From the IMG/VR virus record IMGVR_UViG_3300025012_000003: a stretch of DNA of 64,000 bases; one strand, given 5' to 3'. The notes below the pieces were generated by a model. That model saw nothing but the letters and a program-made list of their open reading frames with translations. It did not search any database and had not been told where the DNA came from. The number at the start of each line of letters is the position of its first letter. Position 1 is the first letter of the stretch. The position numbers and the translations under genes are program-made. This document shows positions 55,714-64,000 of this stretch, piece after piece. This DNA comes from a virus.

Positions 55714-55923
55714 CTATTTTTCCTCTGTTCTCATAAATTCACAAACTTCCCAAGACATATCTTCGATACTACAAGGAGTTTTAGTTTTACTACAATTTCC
55801 ATTAGTCTGTTTCTGGGGACAATGTAAAATAGTTCCTAAACTGAAACCACAAGAATCACAAACATCTTCTTTTATATCCACTTTTCCACAACTAGGACAA
55901 AAAGCTTTTTCACAATCTGGCAT
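55714..55923 (-). CDS. Cys-rich double Zn-ribbon protein
   Basis: CPSCG...CDSCG...CP...C...C...C; GGAGGG RBS. Confidence 0.7.
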   Translation of the reverse strand: MPDCEKAFCPSCGKVDIKEDVCDSCGFSLGTILHCPQKQTNGNCSKTKTPCSIEDMSWEVCEFMRTEEK

Positions 55924-55924
55924 A

Positions 55925-56578
55925 CTACCCTCCCATCAATACTCTATCTAAAAAATTTATTAAAGCTCTGTTCATATTACTTATAGGTATTCTAGCACCA
56001 TACTTTATCTTATTTAAGCTTAACTTACCTATTTGATAAATTATATAGTCGGTTTCTAAATCCACTACTTCTATCCAAAAATTACCTTTATGTTCGGGGC
56101 ATTTTATTATAAATTGAAAATGACTGTCTTCAAAAAGTAATAATCCTTTAACTCTCATAACAGGGTATACATAACAATTAGTTAAATCTATATTCTTAAG
56201 ATTTAAATTAAAAGTATAAACAACATTCGAAAAAGAATCTGGTTTTCTTTTGATATCTAAAAATTCTATTCCTTTAACAACTACGTTTCTCGGTTCTATT
56301 ATTACTGGGGCGGGTTTAGCCTCATAAGTATCTTTTTTGTATACTTGAGTGTATATATTTCTACTATTTATTATATTTACTAATGACCTATCATATAGCA
56401 TTCTCAGAGTATCGTCATAGAGATTATCGTATGCTATCTTTATCTTCTTAAAGACATCTGAGGCTTCTGGAGATTTATTAATATCTGGATGAAATTCCAC
56501 AGCCTTCTTACGATATGCTTTCTTAATATCGTTTTTAGAAGCCCTACTGTCTATCCCCAGAAGTTGATAATAGTTCAT
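55925..56578 (-). CDS. J-domain (DnaJ-type) protein
   Basis: NYYQLLGI...IKKAYRKKA..FHPD...F..I..AY..L.D...R..YD. Confidence 0.92.
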   Translation of the reverse strand: MNYYQLLGIDSRASKNDIKKAYRKKAVEFHPDINKSPEASDVFKKIKIAYDNLYDDTLRMLYDRSLVNIINSRNIYTQVYKKDTYEAKPAPVIIEPRNVVVKGIEFLDIKRKPDSFSNVVYTFNLNLKNIDLTNCYVYPVMRVKGLLLFEDSHFQFIIKCPEHKGNFWIEVVDLETDYIIYQIGKLSLNKIKYGARIPISNMNRALINFLDRVLMGG

Positions 56579-56581
56579 ATA

Positions 56582-57226
56582 CTATAAGGATAATCCATTA
56601 TTTTGTAACATAGATGCGAATTGTGCCAAATGTTTGCAAAGTCCCCAATATTTTCTTGGGTCTGGATTCCTTGGTGCGTGGGTCTTAGTCTTTCTAACAT
56701 AAGGCTTAAACCTACCCCCAAACTGAATTTGATTAATTAAATTAGACCAACTCCAAGTAAAATAGTAATCACTACAAGAACAACGTACAAGTACAGGTTG
56801 TCTTTTCATATCAAATTTCTTTATCCGATAGAATTTATTTTGGTACTGTATTCTAAAATGAGTATTGGGGTCATAAGAAGGATTAACGTTAGTATTAACT
56901 ATTGGTTTTCTATTAGGTATCTTTGGTTTTTCGGAATCAATAATAGTGGGTTCTTGAGTCTCCTCTGGTTCCTGTACGGGCTCTTCTATTTCTTCTATTA
57001 TCTCACAACCCATAAATAAAATATTAGATAAGTGAACAGATTTCTCAGTTAAGCCCCAGAATGAAGCAGATATTAAAACTGTCTTTGTTCCGAGAAAAGG
57101 AACTATTTGATTTATTTGTCTCTTAGGAGACTGGGAATAATTACGTCTCCACACAGCGGGGTTTCCCTTAGCATCTGGGAGAGTAGTCGCATTTATCCAT
57201 ATTTGTTCCAAAGTAAGTCTAGCCAT
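56582..57226 (-). CDS. SWIM-like Zn-finger protein
   Basis: VRCSCSDYYF...GLCKHL. Confidence 0.75.
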   Translation of the reverse strand: MARLTLEQIWINATTLPDAKGNPAVWRRNYSQSPKRQINQIVPFLGTKTVLISASFWGLTEKSVHLSNILFMGCEIIEEIEEPVQEPEETQEPTIIDSEKPKIPNRKPIVNTNVNPSYDPNTHFRIQYQNKFYRIKKFDMKRQPVLVRCSCSDYYFTWSWSNLINQIQFGGRFKPYVRKTKTHAPRNPDPRKYWGLCKHLAQFASMLQNNGLSL

Positions 57227-57257
57227 TTAATTTTCTCCGACAACTGTAATTATTAAT

Positions 57258-57286
57258 ATTATACCATGAATTTAATTAAATATCAA
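57258..57286 (-). promoter_or_regulatory. sigma70-type promoter TTGATA-17-TATAAT (extended -10)
   Basis: Drives the SWIM, J-domain and Zn-ribbon genes. Confidence 0.8.
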
Positions 57287-57570
57287 TAGTCTTCTCGACT
57301 ACGTATTAAATTTATAATATCTACGTTATTATTTAATAAATCCTTTTTATCTATTGAAATAGAATTTATTCTTTCTTTATTTTTAAATACATCTAATAAA
57401 AACTTATAGGGGTATTCTTTAACAATCCTTATATCATAGCCTTTACTTTTAGCTAACTCAATCTCTCTGTCCAATTCATAATTTGGGGTAGGTTTAGAAT
57501 ATGTATTTAATATATCCATTTCTTCAGGACTTAAGACACTCTCTACTAATTTTAATATCTTTTTCATCAT
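57283..57570 (-). CDS. putative capsid-internal protein
   Basis: MMKKILKLVE leader. Confidence 0.6.
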   Translation of the reverse strand: MMKKILKLVESVLSPEEMDILNTYSKPTPNYELDREIELAKSKGYDIRIVKEYPYKFLLDVFKNKERINSISIDKKDLLNNNVDIINLIRSREDY

Positions 57571-58148
57571 TGTTTTAATTCCCACAACTCACTTAAATAT
57601 TCTACAACAAAACTAGCCTCGTCTTCTGTATCCATATTTTCTAACCATGCAACAGGAATAGGAAACACTCTAGGGTTTCTTTTAGTATCTAGTATAGGCT
57701 TCCTGTTGGGTAATATAAATAATTGAGCTAAATAAAAACTAGGACTTCTAAGTTTACCGTTGACTTGAACCAAGTATCCTTTTTTATTAAAAGCAGGTAA
57801 TAACAATTTATTAACCTTATCAACTACATCGTAAGTAATAGGTAATCTAGGTAACTCTCTATAATATAATTTATTTCCATAGTACCAGTTTTTTATCTCG
57901 GTTCTATCTCTTTCGTGTATCTTCTCTATGAAGGATTTAGATATTGTTTTTCCTATCATATCAGAAAAAGCACTTACCAGAGGAATAGGAACAGCTCTTA
58001 AAAATCCAGTAGCCAAACCTCCCAGAACATCAGCTAATTCATTTCCTATAGTAGATAAAGCACTCTTACCTATATCCCCCAACAGGGAAAGAGCAGGGTT
58101 TTGTTCGTTTATTATATTACTTAATCGTATTATTTTATTTAACTTCAT
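57567..58148 (-). CDS. putative capsid-internal protein with amphipathic Gly-rich helices
   Basis: MKLNKIIRLSNIINE leader; ALSLLGDIGK...VLGGLATGFL. Confidence 0.6.
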   Translation of the reverse strand: MKLNKIIRLSNIINEQNPALSLLGDIGKSALSTIGNELADVLGGLATGFLRAVPIPLVSAFSDMIGKTISKSFIEKIHERDRTEIKNWYYGNKLYYRELPRLPITYDVVDKVNKLLLPAFNKKGYLVQVNGKLRSPSFYLAQLFILPNRKPILDTKRNPRVFPIPVAWLENMDTEDEASFVVEYLSELWELKQ

Positions 58149-60219
58149 TACCGCTAACCTTACTATTATTAATAAATTCATTAAAAATATCGAATAAAGG
58201 GACTTTCCTGTCCCCCAATTCCAAAACTCTAGTTCTGAAATATTCTCCCAAAGTTATTTCTTTATATCCCTCATTAATGATAGTATCCTCATTAAACATC
58301 TTCTCAAGCAATTTTCTAAATTGCTCTATCTGAGGTTCATTAAAAGATACTCTTTCCTGCAAGTATTTATCATAATGATATTTATCATCACTAGCCATTT
58401 TTATACCATTTAAAGTTTCCGTAAATAATTGATTACTATAGGGCTTTTCTTCGGTAGCAAAATGAACTCTAATAAACAATAAATAGAGTAAGAACAGAGT
58501 AGGTTTATCGTTAGTAGGGGTAAAAGAAAATCCATAATGTACACATAAATCAATAATTGATTTTAATTGTGTTTCAAACCACTGTACTAATTGGTTTATT
58601 CTAGTTTCACTTCTAGCTACTTCTTCTTTATTTAGATAAGATTGTTGGTTCTCTGGTCTAAAGTCTGGGTTATTAGGAGACGTATCCCAATCCATAGCTA
58701 TTTGTCTAGCTATCTCCTCAAAAGTAGTTTCCTTAGAAAAGGTAGTAGTTAAAAATATCTTCTCTGCATATATTATAATCTTAGGTTTATGGTAATCAGA
58801 CCACTTATTTTCTTTATGTGTCTTTTCTCCCCAAGATTTATTTTGATAATAACTATCGTCTACATCAAACTTAATAGCTATCCTTCTACCTTTATTAGTC
58901 CAGTACACACTATATCCATTTTGATTAGTTCTTAAAGCTTCTTGAGATAATAATTTATCTCCATCTATTCTATCGAGTATCAAGGAAGCTAATTTTCTGG
59001 ACAACCTTTCTTCATCTTGAGAAGACATACTTCCAGCTATATAATCCTTTTCTCCTCCTCTAAGTTCATAAATATCTATAATTTTAAATGAATCCCTAGT
59101 TAAAAATATAGTTTGTTGAGGTTCTCTAGGATTAATAACCGCACTCTTTTGATTCTTAGCGTTGTCTATTATACAATCAAAACCTGCTTTTAAGAACAAA
59201 GATGTCTGTTCTTTTCCAGAACGCATCTCCAATTTTACTTTTTCATCACTACTCCAAAAAGGTTTCTTTCCAGATAATTCATTTACATTTTTTATTTGAA
59301 CTACGGACATAAACGATTTTCTCATAGCGTTAGAGCCAGTATATCCAAAATATTTCTTAGCTCTCTTCAATAAATCTTCAACTTGGGAAGGTTTAAATCC
59401 CATGTCATTTAAAATTATTTCTATCTGCCTATCTGTCATCTCTGTTATATATAAAGGATTTTTAGAAGTGTCTTGTATAACTCTAAGATACTTAGCATTT
59501 CTACCATACCATATATCAGCAGGGTAATCTATCACATATTTTAACGGATATCCATAGACACCTACGGGGTCTGAGTGGTTCGGGTCATCGTAAGGATTCT
59601 TATCTACAGTATTGTCGTTAAAATTTGAAAAATTAACATATATCCTATAGTCGTCTTTCTTTTTAGTATAGTCTTTTCTAAATTTAATAAAGTCCTTTGG
59701 ATATAAATCAGTCCAAGATATCTCATTTATAATATCTTTTATATTTTTTAAACATTTATTTTCGTTTTTAGGAAAAGTTCCAAATAAATCTATAGAAGAT
59801 AAATCTAGTACTACCACTTCCATAATATGGTTGTCTTCATCCTTAGTTATTACAGAGTTGTATCCCTGCCTCATAATTCTTTTAGCCAGTATCTTCCCAT
59901 TAGTAGTCTTATACTTTTCATGAAGGTAGTCTTTCCAAAATTTACCATCAATGTAGAATCCTAATTCTAAAGGTTTAGCTTTATGGTTAAACTTAGCATA
60001 TACAGTAGCAGTGTTGCCTAACCCTTTCCAAGATAAATTTTCTTCATCATAAGGCTCTGTGGTTGTAGAAAAACTTATACCATATAAATCTTTTTTATAA
60101 TTCATTCCCCAAACTTTGGAGGTTTCCCCAAATCTATTTAAATGAAAGCCACTTCCTATTATATTAGTTTTGGCTTCCTTAGTAGTGTTATGTGCAAGTA
60201 TCATATTATTATAGTTCAT
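58135..60219 (-). CDS. multi-domain protein with two ADP-ribosyltransferase-like domains (possibly two genes fused)
   Basis: AHNT...GF...YGISFST...GYNSVI...EVVVLD; second domain NP...PVGVYGYP...GFDCIID...EPQQTIFL. Confidence 0.55.
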   Translation of the reverse strand: MNYNNMILAHNTTKEAKTNIIGSGFHLNRFGETSKVWGMNYKKDLYGISFSTTTEPYDEENLSWKGLGNTATVYAKFNHKAKPLELGFYIDGKFWKDYLHEKYKTTNGKILAKRIMRQGYNSVITKDEDNHIMEVVVLDLSSIDLFGTFPKNENKCLKNIKDIINEISWTDLYPKDFIKFRKDYTKKKDDYRIYVNFSNFNDNTVDKNPYDDPNHSDPVGVYGYPLKYVIDYPADIWYGRNAKYLRVIQDTSKNPLYITEMTDRQIEIILNDMGFKPSQVEDLLKRAKKYFGYTGSNAMRKSFMSVVQIKNVNELSGKKPFWSSDEKVKLEMRSGKEQTSLFLKAGFDCIIDNAKNQKSAVINPREPQQTIFLTRDSFKIIDIYELRGGEKDYIAGSMSSQDEERLSRKLASLILDRIDGDKLLSQEALRTNQNGYSVYWTNKGRRIAIKFDVDDSYYQNKSWGEKTHKENKWSDYHKPKIIIYAEKIFLTTTFSKETTFEEIARQIAMDWDTSPNNPDFRPENQQSYLNKEEVARSETRINQLVQWFETQLKSIIDLCVHYGFSFTPTNDKPTLFLLYLLFIRVHFATEEKPYSNQLFTETLNGIKMASDDKYHYDKYLQERVSFNEPQIEQFRKLLEKMFNEDTIINEGYKEITLGEYFRTRVLELGDRKVPLFDIFNEFINNSKVSGNEVK

Positions 60220-60839
60220 TATTTGATAACCTCATATCTAATGTGGTTATCGTTTAGATATTTCATAAAAGCTTCATAAAATTGATTAGCTATTTGAATA
60301 TTAGGAGCATCGAGTTCCCCATTCTCAATATTTAAACCAAGCTCATCCCTTAAGTCTCTTCTTTCAGACCTAAGCATTCCCCCCACTCTCATCTCTTGAA
60401 GAAATTTATCTTTGTACACTATGATATCTGTTACATAGTTCAAAAAATTAGGTATCTCCATACCTTCTACAGCATAAATACCCTTACCTACCACTCTTTC
60501 CTCAGCTTCTACTCGTTCTGGGTTACTTTTACTAGCATAATTATAATAATTAAAGGGTTCTATTTTAAATCTATTAGATAATTTATCTCCATCTACTATA
60601 AAAACTATTGCTGTTCCAGATATGCTTCCTCGTGGTATCTTATTGAAATTCTTATCCCTAGTAAAAGATATATAACCATAACCGCCATAGCCATTATCTG
60701 GTTGTCTCCTACTAGATTTTAGAGAATTATCTTTAAGAATATGTATAAATTTATCGGCATTAGTAAAATGGTAAAGAGTTCCTACCTGTTTACCCTCATC
60801 CAGTTCCTCTATTATCTTTTTAATTCTCTTAATGGACAT
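60219..60839 (-). CDS. putative capsid-internal ADP-ribosyltransferase-like protein
   Basis: KRIKKIIEELDE leader; LYHFT, ISFTR, EAEERV. Confidence 0.55.
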   Translation of the reverse strand: MSIKRIKKIIEELDEGKQVGTLYHFTNADKFIHILKDNSLKSSRRQPDNGYGGYGYISFTRDKNFNKIPRGSISGTAIVFIVDGDKLSNRFKIEPFNYYNYASKSNPERVEAEERVVGKGIYAVEGMEIPNFLNYVTDIIVYKDKFLQEMRVGGMLRSERRDLRDELGLNIENGELDAPNIQIANQFYEAFMKYLNDNHIRYEVIK

Positions 60840-60846
60840 AATCCAC

Positions 60847-61278
60847 CTAATATACTAACTTACCTATAGGAACTCCATGAATTAATTTTTGCCTCAATAA
60901 GTTATCGTGGAAATCCTTATCTAAAACATTCATTATTTTACTACTCTCTACTTCAGGGTAAACTCTCTCTGGAGTTTTAACTTTGAAAAATTCAATATAA
61001 TCAGGATTATAATAAACACCTTTAACTTTATAGTTCTTTTTAAGTTGATTAGCTACTTCTTCGTGTTCAGCATCATCAAAAGCCCATACATAAAAATCAC
61101 CATTAAGTGCTATAAAAAATCTAACAGGAGTTTTACCTCCCCTAGTCATTTTTAATATTTCTCCCTTACTGGGATTAACAAAAACATCTATAAGAGCATC
61201 TTTCTTCCAACTGGTTTTTACAGAGCCAGCCCATTCTTCCCTAACATTATTGCATAATTTTAATATCTTTTTAAACAT
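60847..61278 (-). CDS. putative capsid-internal protein
   Basis: MFKKILKLCNNVREE leader; FVNPS..E...RFF...YVW...H motif. Confidence 0.6.
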   Translation of the reverse strand: MFKKILKLCNNVREEWAGSVKTSWKKDALIDVFVNPSKGEILKMTRGGKTPVRFFIALNGDFYVWAFDDAEHEEVANQLKKNYKVKGVYYNPDYIEFFKVKTPERVYPEVESSKIMNVLDKDFHDNLLRQKLIHGVPIGKLVY

Positions 61279-61304
61279 ATTTCTTAATACCAAAAATGTA
61301 TTTT

Positions 61305-62177
61305 CTAATACCCGAATTCATACCATTTATCATTGTTGTTAAGCATTGTTTGTAATTGGTCTTCTAATACTCTAGCACGGTCTAGCATTGTATCCGCCTG
61401 TAGACTGAATGGTAGCCCAGCAGATGGGTCTAAAGTTGCCTGATATTTAAGAGAACCAAAAGACCTTAGTACAGCTACAGTAAAAGCTAACATAAAAGGT
61501 CTGTTACTTATATCAAAATCTCTTATAGCTTTTCTTTTATTGTACATAGTAACAGTTATATTACCAGCACTTGTATCAGTAAGAACCATATTTACTTTTA
61601 GAGTACTTAAATCTATAGTTCCAGAACCAAGAGTACCCCCCAATGTAACAATATTACCACTACGTGATACTTCTATGGCAGTATGTTTAACGTTATGTAT
61701 ATCTGTCTTAGATATCTCTAAACTACCTTGTTTATAATTACATCTTAAAAAGAAATCTATTGCAGATTCCCCCTCAATAGTATAGGTAGGAGTATCACTT
61801 ATCTGAAAATTACCTATAGTAAACTCTCGGAGATACACTACGTTGAAAGTAGACGAAAAAATACACTTCAATATCCTACTGGCTGGGTCAAACCACCATA
61901 AATTACGAGCAATAGGAGCACTATTTCTATCTAAATTAGGATATAGGGGGTATTTTAAAGCTAAAACAGACAAAGCATTGGGTATATGAACACCGTTTTG
62001 ATTGACATTTACATTCAAAATATCCCTGACAGGTCTCTTATTCTGTAGTTGTTTAGCTGTGTATATGAACAATTGTTCTAAATTATCATCGTCAAGCCTT
62101 AAAGCCTGTAAAGGTATTAGAAGTTGTCCTTCACTTATCTTAACTTGCTTTATAGCTTCTTCAAAAGTCAAAACCAT
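61305..62177 (-). CDS. neck protein (gp13-like head adaptor)
   Basis: C-terminal FG.LKY...GLP.SL....L..A..LE..L resembles T4 gp13; position after the capsid gene. Confidence 0.6.
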   Translation of the reverse strand: MVLTFEEAIKQVKISEGQLLIPLQALRLDDDNLEQLFIYTAKQLQNKRPVRDILNVNVNQNGVHIPNALSVLALKYPLYPNLDRNSAPIARNLWWFDPASRILKCIFSSTFNVVYLREFTIGNFQISDTPTYTIEGESAIDFFLRCNYKQGSLEISKTDIHNVKHTAIEVSRSGNIVTLGGTLGSGTIDLSTLKVNMVLTDTSAGNITVTMYNKRKAIRDFDISNRPFMLAFTVAVLRSFGSLKYQATLDPSAGLPFSLQADTMLDRARVLEDQLQTMLNNNDKWYEFGY

Positions 62178-62187
62178 ATAAATACTC

Positions 62188-62228
62188 CAAAGATAGTTTT
62201 ATCCTACTTAAAATATAAACTATCTTTG
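62188..62228 (-). promoter_or_regulatory. late motif (62204-62219, 1 mismatch) enclosed by a 12 bp inverted repeat abutting the RBS
   Basis: CAAAGATAGTTT / AAACTATCTTTG. Confidence 0.65.
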
Positions 62229-62237
62229 TTAAAAATG

Positions 62238-62990
62238 TTATGGTTTAGGAGTATTCTTCTTAGAACCTTTTTTCTTAGCGGGAATAGTTTTATCAACTTC
62301 TATATCCTCTAAGTTAGGGTCTACTGTAATATCTCCTACTAACTCTTCGTCCTCTGGATAATTAGTTTCTGATAATTCATCTGCATCTAATATAGAAACA
62401 TCATCATGATTAAAATCTTTAAGTTTATCCAAAAGTTCTATATTCTTCCTACTGAATTCTAATTCAGTATATATGCTATCAACTATAGATAGATTAGGTT
62501 CATTGTCTTCAAAATTAAATCTGCCTTTTAAATCATCTAGTAGTTCTTCTTTAGATAAAGATAATAACTCTGATTTATCCTCGTTCTTAATAATATCCGT
62601 TTTCAGAGAAACATACAATTCGTTTAATCCTTCGTCTACATTTTTATTTATATTTATTTCAGTATCTCCTACTTTTATTTCAGTAATAGGTATTATATCT
62701 CCCTCATCGGTAACTTTATTAAACAAAGAAATTTCTTCTCCGCTATAAAATTCAGGTTGAAGTTCTTGAGATAGTCTAGTATGTTCGTCAAGTAAATCCT
62801 TTTGAGATAATTCTTCTAAAACTACATCCCCTTTAAAAATTTTTATAGTTTCAGTAAGGTGGTTAATATAATAATTATCTAACAATATCTCTTCACCCTC
62901 TGGAGGAATATTAAATACTTGCTCCATACCAGCTACACTAACACCAATAACTCTATTAGATTTATTTATTAATTTATATTTCTTATCCAT
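62238..62990 (-). CDS. acidic hypothetical protein with basic tail
   Basis: AAGGAG RBS; own sigma70 promoter TTGACT-17-TATAAT at 63019-63047. Confidence 0.75.
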   Translation of the reverse strand: MDKKYKLINKSNRVIGVSVAGMEQVFNIPPEGEEILLDNYYINHLTETIKIFKGDVVLEELSQKDLLDEHTRLSQELQPEFYSGEEISLFNKVTDEGDIIPITEIKVGDTEININKNVDEGLNELYVSLKTDIIKNEDKSELLSLSKEELLDDLKGRFNFEDNEPNLSIVDSIYTELEFSRKNIELLDKLKDFNHDDVSILDADELSETNYPEDEELVGDITVDPNLEDIEVDKTIPAKKKGSKKNTPKP

Positions 62991-63050
62991 AAAAAACTCC
63001 TTATTAATCTACTAATTTATTATAGCATAGATGTTTTAAAAAGTCAATAT

Positions 63051-63082
63051 AAAAAATAGAGATGGTTTAAACCATCTCTATT
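63051..63082 (-). terminator. intrinsic terminator after the major capsid gene
   Basis: 12 bp stem AATAGAGATGGT / ACCATCTCTATT plus T run. Confidence 0.85.
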
Positions 63083-63107
63083 ATTGAGTATTGAATTATC
63101 TCTAAGA

Positions 63108-64000
63108 TTATATTAAGTTTTGAACATCAATCTTAGTGATGAATCTGTTTACAATGACTTTCATTGCTGACCAGACCAACGCATACCCTTGGGTTTTCAA
63201 TACGTTGTTTAATACTGGTAAACTTCCGTTTACAACTAAAGGCATATATGGACAGTAAACAGCAGGAGCATCGAAGTTGCCTGTACCTTTGTAGATACAA
63301 TATACAGCACTGTCGTCTATTACGTCTATAGCTCTGATTACTGGAATATTTTTGTTATACATACCGTATAATGTAGGTCCTGAAGAAGCAAATCCAGTTC
63401 TTTCGAATAATGTTCCTAATTGGTCAAACAAAGCTGCTGCTTTAACACCACAGATAATAGCTGTTACTTCACCACGACCTGCGTTTTGAGCGATGTGGGA
63501 TGAAGCTTCTGCGATTCTGTTTCTAAAAGCAAGTTTGTGTTCAACTTCTGAGGTTCCTGCTGGAGCTGCTGAATCCCATACGATAGGGGTTCCGAAAGAG
63601 GCATTAGCTATTCTGCTAATAAGTGTATTTCCTAACTCAGCGTTTATTTCCATTGTAAGGTCATTAATCATTTCTGTTTCTGCATCCTTACCGAAAGTTT
63701 GTTTTAATTCAAACGCTTTTAAACTACCCATTTCACTTCTTAATGCGAACACTTCGGCTCTAACATCAGCGGAATCGAAACTTGATTGAATTGTAGGAAG
63801 GTTTCCGTTTTCTTCGTATTCTGTACCGAACTCAGCTCTAGCAACTTCAACACCTGTAATAGGAGTAATGAAATCGATAGTTACTAAACCTGTTGAATAG
63901 TTGATAGTACCTGTACCTAATGCTCCACCAACTGGAACAATATTTCCATTACCATCGTCTATTAAGGTTTGAGTTGTTGTTGAAAGACTGATTGTTAATT
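63108..64000 (-). CDS. gp23: major capsid protein, T4 gp23-like (5'-truncated by window edge)
   Basis: FELKQTFGKDAE.EM...L..EI.AE...APAVYCPYMPL; the frame stays open upstream of the track start to 64000. Confidence 0.92.
   Translation of the reverse strand, partial: LTISLSTTTQTLIDDGNGNIVPVGGALGTGTINYSTGLVTIDFITPITGVEVARAEFGTEYEENGNLPTIQSSFDSADVRAEVFALRSEMGSLKAFELKQTFGKDAETEMINDLTMEINAELGNTLISRIANASFGTPIVWDSAAPAGTSEVEHKLAFRNRIAEASSHIAQNAGRGEVTAIICGVKAAALFDQLGTLFERTGFASSGPTLYGMYNKNIPVIRAIDVIDDSAVYCIYKGTGNFDAPAVYCPYMPLVVNGSLPVLNNVLKTQGYALVWSAMKVIVNRFITKIDVQNLI

Noticed and set aside
491-63789. All plus-strand ORFs in the track and nested minus ORF 11466..11663
   Set aside because: They lie antisense to or inside better-supported genes, lack RBSs and read as shadow frames.
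1-64000. Stop-codon reassignment, tRNA genes, CRISPR array, integrase
   Set aside because: Genes are full length in code 11 and end in TAA, TAG and TGA; no cloverleaf, spaced repeat array or recombinase was seen by eye (tRNAscan was not run).

Overview
A 64 kb slice of a large, AT-rich, probably lytic myophage genome. Every credible gene is on the minus strand, so transcription runs right to left. From the right end: the 3' part of a T4 gp23-like major capsid gene; a gp13-like neck gene; a block of putative capsid-internal proteins sharing a basic N-terminal leader ending in Glu (three carry ADP-ribosyltransferase-like motifs); SWIM-finger and J-domain genes; and head-tail connector, sheath (gp18), tube (gp19), baseplate, tail fibre and M15 endolysin genes. 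A replication/recombination block follows that is not T4-like: family A polymerase, DnaB, stand-alone primase Zn domain, degenerate DnaC-like protein, SNF2 helicase, 5'-3' exonuclease, dNMP kinase, ATP ligase, SSB, RuvC-like resolvase, RecA and a split SbcC with SbcD. Then come a CobA/BtuR adenosyltransferase, a C1q/XkdW-like cluster with a patatin phospholipase, and about 9 kb of small accessory ORFs. Regulation is unusually readable. There are about 14 sigma70-type promoters, mostly extended -10. A phage-specific motif TTTATATTATAnnTAG sits before virion genes, and two hairpins enclose that motif and cover or abut the downstream RBS. Best novelty candidates: (1) a ~280 nt structured intergenic RNA with alternative folds and a perfect 17 nt anti-RBS segment; (2) leader-tagged, ART-like capsid cargo proteins; (3) two small beta-domains shared among several virion proteins. 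All family calls come from motif recognition by eye; no searches were run.
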